From an uncultured Bacteroidia bacterium (GTDB taxonomy: Bacteria; Bacteroidota; Bacteroidia; Palsa-948): a stretch of DNA of 38,867 bases. The notes beneath the pieces were generated by a model. That model was not told where the DNA came from. It saw only the letters and a list, made by a program, of their open reading frames with translations, and made no database searches. The stretch lies in assembly GCA_964498865.1 (NCBI GenBank), contig CAZCJN010000004.1, forward strand, positions 1 to 38,867, in the 5' to 3' direction. Shown here piece by piece: positions 8,176-16,803 of the stretch. A program made the translations under genes and the position numbers. Each line of letters opens with the position of its first letter. Positions within the stretch are counted from its first letter, which is position 1.

Positions 8176-8748
8176 TTAAATATTTTCTTCTATGAAATGT
8201 ATAAGCGAGTGAATGACTTTGATATGTATCTCTTGTGCTCTGTCTGCATATTTAGAAAATGGTGCCCTGATTTCTATGTCGCAAAGTCGGGACATTTTCC
8301 CCCCATCTTTTCCCGTAAGTCCTATCACTTTTATCCTTTTCTTTTTAGCAGCATGAATGGCTTCAATTACATTCTTTGAATTGCCACTGGTGCTTATAGC
8401 TAATAAAACATCGCCTTTATTTCCTAATGCTTCCAGGTAACGGGAGAATACGAAATCATATCCGTAGTCATTGGCTACACACGATAGGTGCGAAGGATCG
8501 GATATAGAAACAGCAGGAAGCGCTTTTCTGTTCTCGCGAAATCGGCCGGAGAGCTCTTCTGCAAAATGCATAGCATCGCACATAGAGCCGCCATTACCAC
8601 AGGAAATAATTTTACCTCCTTTTTTTATGGATTCAACTAATACTTTTCCGGCTTTTTCTATCTGCGAAAAATTCTTATGATCCGATACAAATTTTGCAAG
8701 CACATCGGTTGCTTCAGCAAAATTTTTATTAATGCTATTTGTTTTCAT
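8176..8748 (-). CDS. gmhA: D-sedoheptulose-7-phosphate isomerase (SIS domain)
   Basis: The sequence shows [16 protein letters not shown] ... [14 protein letters not shown] at 8748 is preferred because the listed start at 8754 is a TTG. The stop lies 1 nt from the comM ATG. Confidence 0.85.
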   Translation of the reverse strand: MKTNSINKNFAEATDVLAKFVSDHKNFSQIEKAGKVLVESIKKGGKIISCGNGGSMCDAMHFAEELSGRFRENRKALPAVSISDPSHLSCVANDYGYDFVFSRYLEALGNKGDVLLAISTSGNSKNVIEAIHAAKKKRIKVIGLTGKDGGKMSRLCDIEIRAPFSKYADRAQEIHIKVIHSLIHFIEENI

Positions 8749-8756
8749 GTGCAAGA

Positions 8757-8764
8757 CGAATGTA
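8757..8764 (-). promoter_or_regulatory. Putative -7 promoter box TACATTCG for gmhA-comM
   Basis: The box lies 8 nt upstream of ATG 8748. Confidence 0.45.
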
Positions 8765-8841
8765 CAAAAAACGAATAAGTATCAAATAACGAATGATTTT
8801 GAAAAAAGTATATGGAATGCACCTTCCTTAATTGCCAAAAA

Positions 8842-10113
8842 CTAATTAATGATTTCAAATCCAGTATAAGGAACCAATACCTTAGGAATGCGGATTCCTT
8901 TTTCAGTTTGGTTGTTCTCTAGCATAGTAGCTACGATTCTAGGTAAAGCAAGTGCGCTTCCATTTAACGTATGCGCTAGTTGCGGTTTCCCGTTAGTATC
9001 TCTAAAGCGAATTTTTGAACGATTGCTTTGGAAAGTTTCAAAATTAGATACAGAACTTACCTCTAACCATTTTTGCTGTGCAGCAGAGTAGGTTTCAAAA
9101 TCATAGGTAAGGGCAGATCCAAAGCTCATATCGCCTCCGCATAATTTAAGTATTCTGTAAGGGAGTTCTAATTTCTTCAATAAACTACCTACGTAGTTTT
9201 TCATTTCTTCTAATGTATCGTATGATTTTTCAGGATGTGCTATTTGAACTATTTCTACCTTATCAAATTGATGCAGGCGGTTTAGTCCTCGTACATCTTT
9301 TCCATAAGAACCAGCCTCTCTTCTGAAACAAGGGGTGTAACCACAATTTTTTACCGGTAGTTCCTCTGCTTTTAAAATAACATCTCTATAAATATTTGTA
9401 ATGGGTACTTCTGCCGTAGGAATCAAGAAGAGATTATCACCTGTAACGTGGTACATCTGTCCTTCTTTATCAGGAAGCTGTCCTGTTCCAAAACCACTGG
9501 CTTCGTTAATTAAAATAGGAGGTTCAATTTCTAGATAACCAATAGAAGTAGCTTGGTCAAGAAAATAATTAATGAGTGCCCGCTGTAATTTTGCCCCTTT
9601 GCCTTTATAAACCGGAAACCCTGCTCCTGTAAGTTTAACCCCTAATTCAAAATCAATGAGGTTATATTGCTGAGCCAATTCCCAATGGGGTTTTGCAGTA
9701 GCAGGTAGTTTGGGTAATTCTCCCTCAGAAAAAATATTCTCATTATCAGCCGGTGTTTTTCCTTTAGGAACTTTTACACTGGGAAGATTAGGAAGCAATA
9801 CCAATACTTTATTAAGCTCTTCTTCTATGGAGTATAGTAACCCCTCTAATTTTTTAACAGATTCCTTTAAAGCAACAGTTTTATTTTTTAATTCGTTTGC
9901 TTCGGCCTGCTTACCGGCTTTAAACAGATCGCCTATTTGTTTAGCCAAGGTATTGGCTTCGGAGTTTAAGGTATCCAGTTCTGTCTGTATTTTTCTTCGA
10001 TCCACATCGAGTGTGAGAACTTGTTGAACAAGATTTTTTGCATCGAAGTTCTTTATGGCAAGACGGCTGATTACGTCTTCACTTCTTTCGCGTATATAGT
10101 TTAGTTGTAACAT
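8842..10113 (-). CDS. serS: Seryl-tRNA synthetase
   Basis: It has an N-terminal coiled-coil arm and the class II core (FRREAGSYGKDVRGLNRLHQF, GSALALPR). Confidence 0.96.
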   Translation of the reverse strand: MLQLNYIRERSEDVISRLAIKNFDAKNLVQQVLTLDVDRRKIQTELDTLNSEANTLAKQIGDLFKAGKQAEANELKNKTVALKESVKKLEGLLYSIEEELNKVLVLLPNLPSVKVPKGKTPADNENIFSEGELPKLPATAKPHWELAQQYNLIDFELGVKLTGAGFPVYKGKGAKLQRALINYFLDQATSIGYLEIEPPILINEASGFGTGQLPDKEGQMYHVTGDNLFLIPTAEVPITNIYRDVILKAEELPVKNCGYTPCFRREAGSYGKDVRGLNRLHQFDKVEIVQIAHPEKSYDTLEEMKNYVGSLLKKLELPYRILKLCGGDMSFGSALTYDFETYSAAQQKWLEVSSVSNFETFQSNRSKIRFRDTNGKPQLAHTLNGSALALPRIVATMLENNQTEKGIRIPKVLVPYTGFEIIN

Positions 10114-10120
10114 ATGGATA

Positions 10121-10128
10121 CAAATGTA
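10121..10128 (-). promoter_or_regulatory. Putative -7 promoter box TACATTTG for serS
   Basis: This is an exact match, 7 nt upstream of ATG 10113. Confidence 0.5.
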
Positions 10129-10140
10129 AATTCTTTACAT

Positions 10141-10179
10141 AAATAAAAAATCTCCTGACTAATTAAAGCCAGGAGATTT
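10141..10179 (-). terminator. Intrinsic terminator of the rplU-rpmA operon
   Basis: AAATCTCCTG (10148-10157) pairs with CAGGAGATTT (10170-10179). A T-run follows on the minus strand (complement of 10141-10150). Confidence 0.7.
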
Positions 10180-10198
10180 AGATGGTTTCTTTCTGACC

Positions 10199-10456
10199 TT
10201 ATTTAGCAGCAACTACTGATACAAACGAACGGTCGTTTGCACCTCTTTTAAAAGTTACAATGCCATCGGTTAACGCAAAAAGAGTATGATCTTTTCCAAT
10301 ACCCACATTTAAACTTGGGTGGTGTTGTGTGCCACGTTGACGAAGAATAATATTGCCTGATTTTGCAAACTGGCCGCCGAATATTTTTATACCGAGACGT
10401 TTACTGTGCGACTCCCGGTTATTCTTGGTTTTACCCTCACCTGCTTTATGTGCCAT
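10199..10456 (-). CDS. rpmA: 50S ribosomal protein L27
   Basis: [28 protein letters not shown] is the canonical L27 N-terminus. Confidence 0.96.
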   Translation of the reverse strand: MAHKAGEGKTKNNRESHSKRLGIKIFGGQFAKSGNIILRQRGTQHHPSLNVGIGKDHTLFALTDGIVTFKRGANDRSFVSVVAAK

Positions 10457-10493
10457 GACTTAGAGTATTATATAGTTAGTTGTGATCAATTAA

Positions 10494-10805
10494 TTATGCA
10501 TTAATTGCTTGAATTTCGATTTTTGTTAAAAGTTGTCTGTGCCCGTTTAGTTTAGCATAACCTTTTCTTCTTTTCTTTTTAAAAACCAATACTTTATCGG
10601 CTTTTAAATGAGAAATGATCTTTGTGCTAACGGATGCTCCTTTTACTGTGGGCATTCCAACATCTACTTTTCCTCCTTTATCGATAAGAAGAACATTATC
10701 AAATTTTACAGAATCACCTTCTTTTCCTTCAAGACGATTTACAAAAATTTGTTGGTTTTTTTCAACCTTAAATTGCTGACCTGCAATATCTACAATAGCG
10801 TACAT
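10494..10805 (-). CDS. rplU: 50S ribosomal protein L21
   Basis: The internal ATG at 10805 gives the canonical [14 protein letters not shown]. The 20-aa upstream extension of the listed ORF is hydrophobic and not L21-like. Confidence 0.94.
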   Translation of the reverse strand: MYAIVDIAGQQFKVEKNQQIFVNRLEGKEGDSVKFDNVLLIDKGGKVDVGMPTVKGASVSTKIISHLKADKVLVFKKKRRKGYAKLNGHRQLLTKIEIQAINA

Positions 10806-10828
10806 TTTATTTAGTATTAAAAGGGAGG

Positions 10829-10836
10829 CGAAGATA
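10829..10836 (-). promoter_or_regulatory. Putative -7 promoter box TATCTTCG for rplU-rpmA
   Basis: The box lies 23 nt upstream of ATG 10805. It falls inside the rejected N-terminal extension of the listed ORF. Confidence 0.45.
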
Positions 10837-10922
10837 AAAAGAATACCGATACAGCAAAATGTCATTTTATATAAAATAATTGCCTTTTCTTACCAGCCTC
10901 TCCAAGTCTTAATGCCTTTTAA

Positions 10923-11897
10923 TTATTTATATTTTTTTAGTTGTTCGTCTACAATTTTAAGCCCCTCTATGAAGGTGCGAGGGTTGTAATTAAGGACCTT
11001 CTTGGCTTTTTCTATGATAAATCCTGTTCTGGGCGGGCGTTTAGCAGGCTGGTTCAGCTTCGCAGAGCTTACCGGATTGATATAAGATTTATCTAATTTC
11101 CAGAAATCGGCGATCATATTTGCCAACTCGAGGATGTTATAGGTCTTTTCGCCCGATACATGATAAATACCCTCAGAACCATTGATGGCAGCCATAATAC
11201 AGGCATATGCCAGATCTTCGGAAAGGGTAGGAGCGCGGAATTGGTCGTTAATTACATTTATATTCTGTTTTTTATCCAAGTTGTTTTTCACCCATAAAAC
11301 CAGGTTGCTTCTTGTATTTCCATCCACTACGCCATAAACAATAATCGTTCTTAAGATTGCCCATTTTAATTTGCTTGTCCGTCCGGCAGGAGGGCTATTC
11401 ATGACTATCTTTTCTCCTTCCAACTTAGAAACTGCATAATAGTGCAGGGGATTGGGTTTATCGGTTTCGTCGTATTCAGTGCCCTTCATTCCATCGAATA
11501 CAAAGTCAGTAGAAATATGGATAAAATGACTTCCGATCTTTTCCGCTATATCTGTCATGTATTTTACTGCTGTAACATTGGCTGCCCAGCATTCTTCTCT
11601 TTTTGTTTCGCATGCATCTACGTTGGTCATTGCAGCAGTATTAATTATCACATCGGGCTTATAAGTAGTAAATACTCTTTCTACATCGGTTTTATTGGTG
11701 ATGTCTAATGATTCGTATGTATAGCCTGTTTTTTGGTTTAGACGGTTTTCACCTTTGGCGGCGGCAATGATTTGATATTCGGATTTTATCTTGCTTCTTA
11801 CAGCATTACTAAGTAAACAAAGAGGGTCTCCAAGCAGGCCGTAAATTATTTTTTGCCCTAATAATCCGTTAGACCCAGTAACAAGAATTTTTTTCAT
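10923..11897 (-). CDS. SDR-family NAD(P)-dependent oxidoreductase, RmlD (dTDP-4-dehydrorhamnose reductase)-like
   Basis: It has the Rossmann motif VTGSNGLLGQ and the catalytic YAVSKLEGEK (YxxxK). Its length and layout resemble RmlD. Confidence 0.7.
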   Translation of the reverse strand: MKKILVTGSNGLLGQKIIYGLLGDPLCLLSNAVRSKIKSEYQIIAAAKGENRLNQKTGYTYESLDITNKTDVERVFTTYKPDVIINTAAMTNVDACETKREECWAANVTAVKYMTDIAEKIGSHFIHISTDFVFDGMKGTEYDETDKPNPLHYYAVSKLEGEKIVMNSPPAGRTSKLKWAILRTIIVYGVVDGNTRSNLVLWVKNNLDKKQNINVINDQFRAPTLSEDLAYACIMAAINGSEGIYHVSGEKTYNILELANMIADFWKLDKSYINPVSSAKLNQPAKRPPRTGFIIEKAKKVLNYNPRTFIEGLKIVDEQLKKYK

Positions 11898-11924
11898 AAT
11901 GCAAAAACTAACAGCAAGGATATA

Positions 11925-12152
11925 TTAAATATCCCAAATGGTAGGTCGTCTTTTTTTAGGTTTAAAATATTCTTTGTTCTCAAATATGAAAGCAAAGATA
12001 AAGTACAGGATAATGGGGGAGCCAAACGTAAAGAAAGAGAGATAAATAAAATAGAGACGAATCGTGGTGGGCTTAATGCTCATTTTTTCACCTAACCAAT
12101 CACACACGCCAAACAAGGGTGTTTCTATAAACTTTCTGAACCAATTGAACAT
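11925..12152 (-). CDS. PspC domain-containing small membrane protein
   Basis: The 75-aa protein contains LFGVCDWLGEKMSIKPTTIRLYFIYLSF followed by a TM helix, which is the PspC-domain pattern. Confidence 0.7.
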   Translation of the reverse strand: MFNWFRKFIETPLFGVCDWLGEKMSIKPTTIRLYFIYLSFFTFGSPIILYFIFAFIFENKEYFKPKKRRPTIWDI

Positions 12153-12156
12153 GAAA

Positions 12157-12164
12157 CAAAATTA
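12157..12164 (-). promoter_or_regulatory. Putative -7 promoter box TAATTTTG for the PspC-domain gene (and probably the downstream SDR gene)
   Basis: This is an exact match, 4 nt upstream of ATG 12152. Confidence 0.45.
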
Positions 12165-12212
12165 GGAAAAGTTTGCCTCCTGCCCATAGAGGACAGAAAG
12201 AATAGCATGGTA

Positions 12213-13496
12213 TCAGTTATTCGATAATAGGGCGCAACCTATATTACACTCAAGGCATCTTTTTTTAGAACAGTATTCATTTTTTAGTTGTAAGAGGGCC
12301 TGGCTTTCATAAGCATTTTTTGCCTTTATCCCTAGGTTTTCCCATTTAGATAACAGGCTATTTTTTTCCGATTGTAATTGCTCTAAAAATAAGATAGCTT
12401 TTTTGCAGTATTCCTCATTGTTCTTGTCTTTTCCGTAAATAAAGAGGAATGGAACAATGGTATTAATGATAATGTTAGTAATAAAGTCTTTGCCTATGTT
12501 TTTCTTTTTGTGAGGGGAGAGAACGCCAAACCTATAGCGGCTATTCCAATAGGTGCTTGCTTCTGTTTGTAGGAGCGCTTCTAGTGTTTTTATTGATCCG
12601 GCTTCCAGCACTTTTGAGAAAAGATGGGCTGTTTTTAATATAAGATTGGCAAATTGAGCAATTCTTATCGTGGGGAAGTTAACAGGGTGGAGGCGCAAAA
12701 ATTTCCAGATAGAAATATTCAGTGGTTCGAGTTTAAATTTCTTACTGAGGAATGAAAATTCTTTTTGTAATTCTTTGTAGTAATCATCTTGCCGGGGGCC
12801 GGTGACTGGCTCCAACATGCCGGCAACCCCAAATAGCATGGCTTCTATTTGTAATAAACTGTTCTTATGTTTGGCTAAATAAGAATAAGGTAATGATCGT
12901 GCCAAAAGTTCAAACGGATCGGAATTTATTTTTTGTCCGAAGCTACGTGCCAGCATCTGATAAAAACATTCTTCCCAATTATTTTTATTTTGCTTTAATG
13001 ATTCTAAAATAGTTGCTGACTTTCTTTCTAATCTTTCTATCATCAGTCTATCTAACCAATTATTAAGTGTGAATTTACTCACAGATGAAATTTGGTTTTC
13101 ACAGGAAATCCAATCTTTAGAAAATTGCAGTTCACGGTATTTTTCATACACGTTTCTTTTTATTTTTTCTTTTAACTCAAGAGTAGGTATTTCTTCCCCA
13201 TTTTTTCTTATTACTTGTTTATCATTTTCATGTACTACATGTAAAATGATATTATCATAGGTCTTATTGTTGGTGTGGTTATGCTTAGTCCAGTCTGAAG
13301 CTGCCGAATGAATCTCTATATTCCCTGCCCATTCTGTAGAGCCTATTTTAATTCGTGCATTTATAAAATCAGGTCCCGCATCAGTATTATGTTCCCCTGT
13401 TTTTATAATTTGAATTTTTTCTCCTGATGTTGTAAAAAGATCAGGAGTATTGAATAGTTTAAACTTCCAGATGTACCAAAGAAAATCTTCTTGCAT
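12213..13496 (-). CDS. DUF2851 family protein
   Basis: The N-terminus EDFLWYIWKFKLF ... GEHNTDAGPDF.NA.I.I....WAGNIEIH and the C-terminal Cys motif CxxKRCLECxIG are as I recall for DUF2851. Confidence 0.75.
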   Translation of the reverse strand: MQEDFLWYIWKFKLFNTPDLFTTSGEKIQIIKTGEHNTDAGPDFINARIKIGSTEWAGNIEIHSAASDWTKHNHTNNKTYDNIILHVVHENDKQVIRKNGEEIPTLELKEKIKRNVYEKYRELQFSKDWISCENQISSVSKFTLNNWLDRLMIERLERKSATILESLKQNKNNWEECFYQMLARSFGQKINSDPFELLARSLPYSYLAKHKNSLLQIEAMLFGVAGMLEPVTGPRQDDYYKELQKEFSFLSKKFKLEPLNISIWKFLRLHPVNFPTIRIAQFANLILKTAHLFSKVLEAGSIKTLEALLQTEASTYWNSRYRFGVLSPHKKKNIGKDFITNIIINTIVPFLFIYGKDKNNEEYCKKAILFLEQLQSEKNSLLSKWENLGIKAKNAYESQALLQLKNEYCSKKRCLECNIGCALLSNN

Positions 13497-13517
13497 GGTG
13501 CGAATGGCGAATAAACG

Positions 13518-13525
13518 CGAATGTA
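13518..13525 (-). promoter_or_regulatory. Putative -7 promoter box TACATTCG for the DUF2851 gene
   Basis: The box lies 21 nt upstream of ATG 13496. Confidence 0.45.
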
Positions 13526-13559
13526 TAAATAAGTGATTAGTATGTAAAAAGTAGAAAAC

Positions 13560-14366
13560 TTAAAAATAGCCTTCTAAAAGCCTTTGCATTTCCTTTTGTA
13601 TTTTCATAGCTTCTTCTCTGGCCTTAGCTGCAAAATCTTCTTTATCACTTGCATATATAATATTGCGCGAAGAATTAACAAGCAGCCCGCATTGTTTATT
13701 CATTCCATATTTGGTAACTTCCTGCAAGCTTCCTCCTTGAGCACCCACGCCGGGTACAAGTAAAAAATGATCGGGGACTATTGTTCTTATGTCAGCAAGC
13801 ATTTCAGCTCTTGTAGCACCTACAACATACATCATGTTGTCTGTATTGCTCCATTGTTGCGACTTTTTTAAAACTGTTTTATATAACTCATGTTCGATCT
13901 GAAAATCATTTGCTCCTTTATTACTTGTAAGTGCTAACAGGATTACCCATTTGCCTTCGTATTGTAAAAATGGTGTTACCGAATCTTCTCCCATATAAGG
14001 CGCTACTGTAATGGAATCAAAATCCATTGATCCGAAAAAAGCTTGGGCATACATGGAAGAAGTATTACCAATGTCTCCTCTTTTAGCGTCGGCAATGGTG
14101 AATATATCTTTGAATTTTTTTAAGTAGTCGGCTGTTTTTTCCAGTGATTCCCATCCTGCACTTCCTATGGATTCATAAAAAGCAATGTTAGGTTTATAGG
14201 CTACGCACAAATCGTGGGTAGCATCTATAATCTGTTTATTGAATTCAAAAATGGGATCTGATGATTGATGAAGATGGCGAGGTATTTTTTTTAGATCCGT
14301 ATCTAGGCCAATGCAAAGAAAGCTTTTCTTTTTTTTGATATTAGCTGTTAATTCTGGTCTTGTCAT
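13560..14366 (-). CDS. pyrF: Orotidine 5'-phosphate decarboxylase (type 2)
   Basis: The sequence shows [12 protein letters not shown] ... [13 protein letters not shown] ... VPGVGAQGG. Confidence 0.9.
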   Translation of the reverse strand: MTRPELTANIKKKKSFLCIGLDTDLKKIPRHLHQSSDPIFEFNKQIIDATHDLCVAYKPNIAFYESIGSAGWESLEKTADYLKKFKDIFTIADAKRGDIGNTSSMYAQAFFGSMDFDSITVAPYMGEDSVTPFLQYEGKWVILLALTSNKGANDFQIEHELYKTVLKKSQQWSNTDNMMYVVGATRAEMLADIRTIVPDHFLLVPGVGAQGGSLQEVTKYGMNKQCGLLVNSSRNIIYASDKEDFAAKAREEAMKIQKEMQRLLEGYF

Positions 14367-14373
14367 GATTAAT

Positions 14374-15447
14374 TTAAATTATTGCACTTTCTTTCATTCT
14401 CTCGGCATTTTCAGCTACTTGCAATGCATCTATCATTTCCTGAATATCTCCATCCATAAAAGCTGGCAAGTTGTGTATGCTTAACCCCACGCGGTGGTCA
14501 GTTACTCGGCTTTGTGCATAGTTATAGGTTCTCACTTTAGCAGAGCGATCGCCCGTTGCCACCATGGTTTTTCTTTTTTTGGCAATTTCGCTCATGTGTT
14601 TTTGATACTCCATTTCAAATAACTTGGTACGTAGTATCTGCATGGCTCTCTCTCTATTGGCAAGCTGAGAACGACCCTCCTGGCAAGTGACTACAATGCC
14701 TGAAGGTTTATGCGTAAGCATTACTTTGGTTTCTACTTTATTTACGTTTTGTCCGCCGGCACCGCTCGATCGCGCGGTTTGCATTTCTACATCAGCAGGA
14801 TTAACATGCACATCTACCTCTTCTGCTTCAGGGAGTACTACTACAGAAGCTGCTGAAGTGTGTACTCTTCCTTGCTGTTCGGTAGCCGGTACACGTTGCA
14901 CGCGATGCACGCCACTTTCAAATTTAAGCGTACCATAGGCATTATCTCCCGTTACTTCAATAACTACTTCTTTATATCCACCCAATGTTCCGGGAGATGA
15001 ATCGACTGTTTCATATCTAAATCCTCTTTTTTCAAAATAGCGGGTATACATTCTGTAAAGATCAGCTGCAAATAAACCTGCTTCGTCTCCACCTGTCCCT
15101 GCTCTGATCTCTACTACAGCATTTTTTGCGTCTTCAGGGTCTTTCGGTATTAGCAATTGTTTAATATGCTCTCCCATAGCTTCTGCCTTAGGTGAAAGCT
15201 CCTCTATTTCTATTTTCGCCATAGAGAGCAAATCGCCGTCTTTCTCTTTTTTAAGGATCTCTTTTGCACTGCTTATGTTATCCAGTAGATTTTTGTAACT
15301 ATTAAAGGCATCTACTACTTCTTTAAGCTCTTTATATTCTTTATTAAGTTTTGCAAATAGCCGCATGTCGGCCAATGTTTTCGGATCGGATAATTGACGT
15401 TCAACTTCCTCAAAATGATTTTTTATCGATTGTAATTTATCAAGCAT
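14374..15447 (-). CDS. prfA: Peptide chain release factor 1
   Basis: It carries the RF1 tripeptide PAT ([10 protein letters not shown]) and the GGQ motif ([12 protein letters not shown]). Confidence 0.96.
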   Translation of the reverse strand: MLDKLQSIKNHFEEVERQLSDPKTLADMRLFAKLNKEYKELKEVVDAFNSYKNLLDNISSAKEILKKEKDGDLLSMAKIEIEELSPKAEAMGEHIKQLLIPKDPEDAKNAVVEIRAGTGGDEAGLFAADLYRMYTRYFEKRGFRYETVDSSPGTLGGYKEVVIEVTGDNAYGTLKFESGVHRVQRVPATEQQGRVHTSAASVVVLPEAEEVDVHVNPADVEMQTARSSGAGGQNVNKVETKVMLTHKPSGIVVTCQEGRSQLANRERAMQILRTKLFEMEYQKHMSEIAKKRKTMVATGDRSAKVRTYNYAQSRVTDHRVGLSIHNLPAFMDGDIQEMIDALQVAENAERMKESAII

Positions 15448-15472
15448 AATAACAGTTGACTATGGTTAAGGG

Positions 15473-15480
15473 CAAAGATA
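15473..15480 (-). promoter_or_regulatory. Putative -7 promoter box TATCTTTG for prfA-pyrF
   Basis: This is an exact match, 25 nt upstream of ATG 15447, and it abuts the purM stop codon. Confidence 0.5.
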
Positions 15481-16668
15481 TCAGGTATAGATGAATTCGC
15501 CATGATTACTTTTAATTGTAAGTTTATTTTTTTTATCTGTAGATTTCTCTACTCTTCCTATAATTTGTGCGTCTACATTAAATGATTTGGAAATATTTAT
15601 GATTTGAAAGGCAGTTTTTTCATCAGTATATAATTCCATGCGATGCCCCATATTAAATACCTGATACATTTCTTTCCAATCTGTGCCGGATTCTTTTTGT
15701 ATGAGCGAGAACAAAGGAGGGGTAGAAAATAGATTATCTTTTATAACATGTACATTTTTGACAAACTTTAAAATTTTTGTTTGTCCTCCACCCGAACAAT
15801 GAATGATTCCATTAATTTTTTTTCTGTGTTTGTCTAAAATCTTTTTAATGATGGGTGCATAAGTTCTGGTAGGTGATAATACTAACTTTCCAATAGTGAT
15901 GAGTTGTCGGTTATCAGTCCCTATATTTATTTCTTCCTTGAGTGTTTTTGTTCCAGAGTAAACTACATCACGTGGTATAGAGGCGTCGAAACTTTCAGGA
16001 TATTTTTCAGCATATAGTTTTGCAAATACATCATGACGTGCCGAAGTAAGTCCGTTGCTCCCCATACCCCCATTATATTGATCCTCGTATTTTGATTGCC
16101 CAAAAGAGGCTAATCCTACAATTATATTTCCTGCTTTAATTTTTTCATCTACCACCTCTTTTCTTTTCATTCGGCAGGTAACAGTAGAGTCAACAATAAT
16201 GGTTTTAACCAAGTCACCTACGTCGGCAGTTTCGCCTCCGGTAGAGCGTATATTTATTCCATACTTTCTCATCGCAGTTAAAAATTTTTCCACTCCGTTT
16301 ATTATTTCAGAAATTACTTCACCCGGAATTAAATTTTTATTTCTGCCTATGGTAGTAGACACAAGAATGGTATCAACCGCACCGACACATAATAGATCGT
16401 CTATATTCATCACCAATGCATCTTGAGCAATTCCTTGCCAAACGGATAGATCACCTGTTTCTTTCCAATACATATAGGCAAGCGAAGATTTAGTGCCTGC
16501 GCCGTCTGCATGCATTACAATGCAATGAGATTTACTTTTTGATAAATCATCAGGAATGATTTTACAAAACGCATTTGGAAAAATTCCCTTATCTAATTTT
16601 TTAATGGCATTATGCACATCTTCCTTAGAGGCAGATACGCCCCTTATATTGTATCTTGAGGTGTTCAT
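15481..16668 (-). CDS. purM: Phosphoribosylformylglycinamidine cyclo-ligase (AIR synthase, long Bacteroidota form)
   Basis: AIR synthase N and C domains are present (HADGAGTKS ..., DDLLCVGA, GGETAD, HCSGGG). Confidence 0.82.
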   Translation of the reverse strand: MNTSRYNIRGVSASKEDVHNAIKKLDKGIFPNAFCKIIPDDLSKSKSHCIVMHADGAGTKSSLAYMYWKETGDLSVWQGIAQDALVMNIDDLLCVGAVDTILVSTTIGRNKNLIPGEVISEIINGVEKFLTAMRKYGINIRSTGGETADVGDLVKTIIVDSTVTCRMKRKEVVDEKIKAGNIIVGLASFGQSKYEDQYNGGMGSNGLTSARHDVFAKLYAEKYPESFDASIPRDVVYSGTKTLKEEINIGTDNRQLITIGKLVLSPTRTYAPIIKKILDKHRKKINGIIHCSGGGQTKILKFVKNVHVIKDNLFSTPPLFSLIQKESGTDWKEMYQVFNMGHRMELYTDEKTAFQIINISKSFNVDAQIIGRVEKSTDKKNKLTIKSNHGEFIYT

Positions 16669-16744
16669 AGATAAATCTTTGCTCCATATAAATTGGAGAA
16701 AGGCATTTTAAGTCGGCTAATTTCGGTATTTTCTTCCTATAGGG

Positions 16745-16782
16745 GAATAAAAAAATCCCGATAAACATTTTATCGGGATTTT
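16745..16782 (-). terminator. Intrinsic terminator downstream of the PorE-like gene
   Basis: AAAATCCCGATAAA (16752-16765) and TTTATCGGGATTTT (16769-16782) form a 14-bp perfect stem with a 3-nt loop. A T-run follows on the minus strand. Confidence 0.75.
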
Positions 16783-16803
16783 AAGTTTCAATTTTATTAC
16801 TAT

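Noticed and set aside
8056-8379. A 107-aa plus-strand ORF spanning the comM/gmhA junction, and similar antisense ORFs (9710..10027, 11442..11708, 14687..14938, 18679..18951, 31694..32032, 35906..36205).
   Set aside because: All are antisense to well-supported genes, have low-complexity or odd composition, and carry no recognisable domain.
10806-10865. A 20-aa N-terminal extension of the rplU ORF ([20 protein letters not shown]).
   Set aside because: The canonical L21 N-terminus MYAIVD begins at the internal ATG 10805. The extension also contains the putative promoter box at 10829-10836.
16718-16725. A plus-strand TAATTTCG box between purM and the PorE-like terminator.
   Set aside because: It points into the terminator and the antisense of the PorE-like gene, with no ORF downstream. 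I take it as a chance hit, which shows that single matches to this short motif are not reliable.
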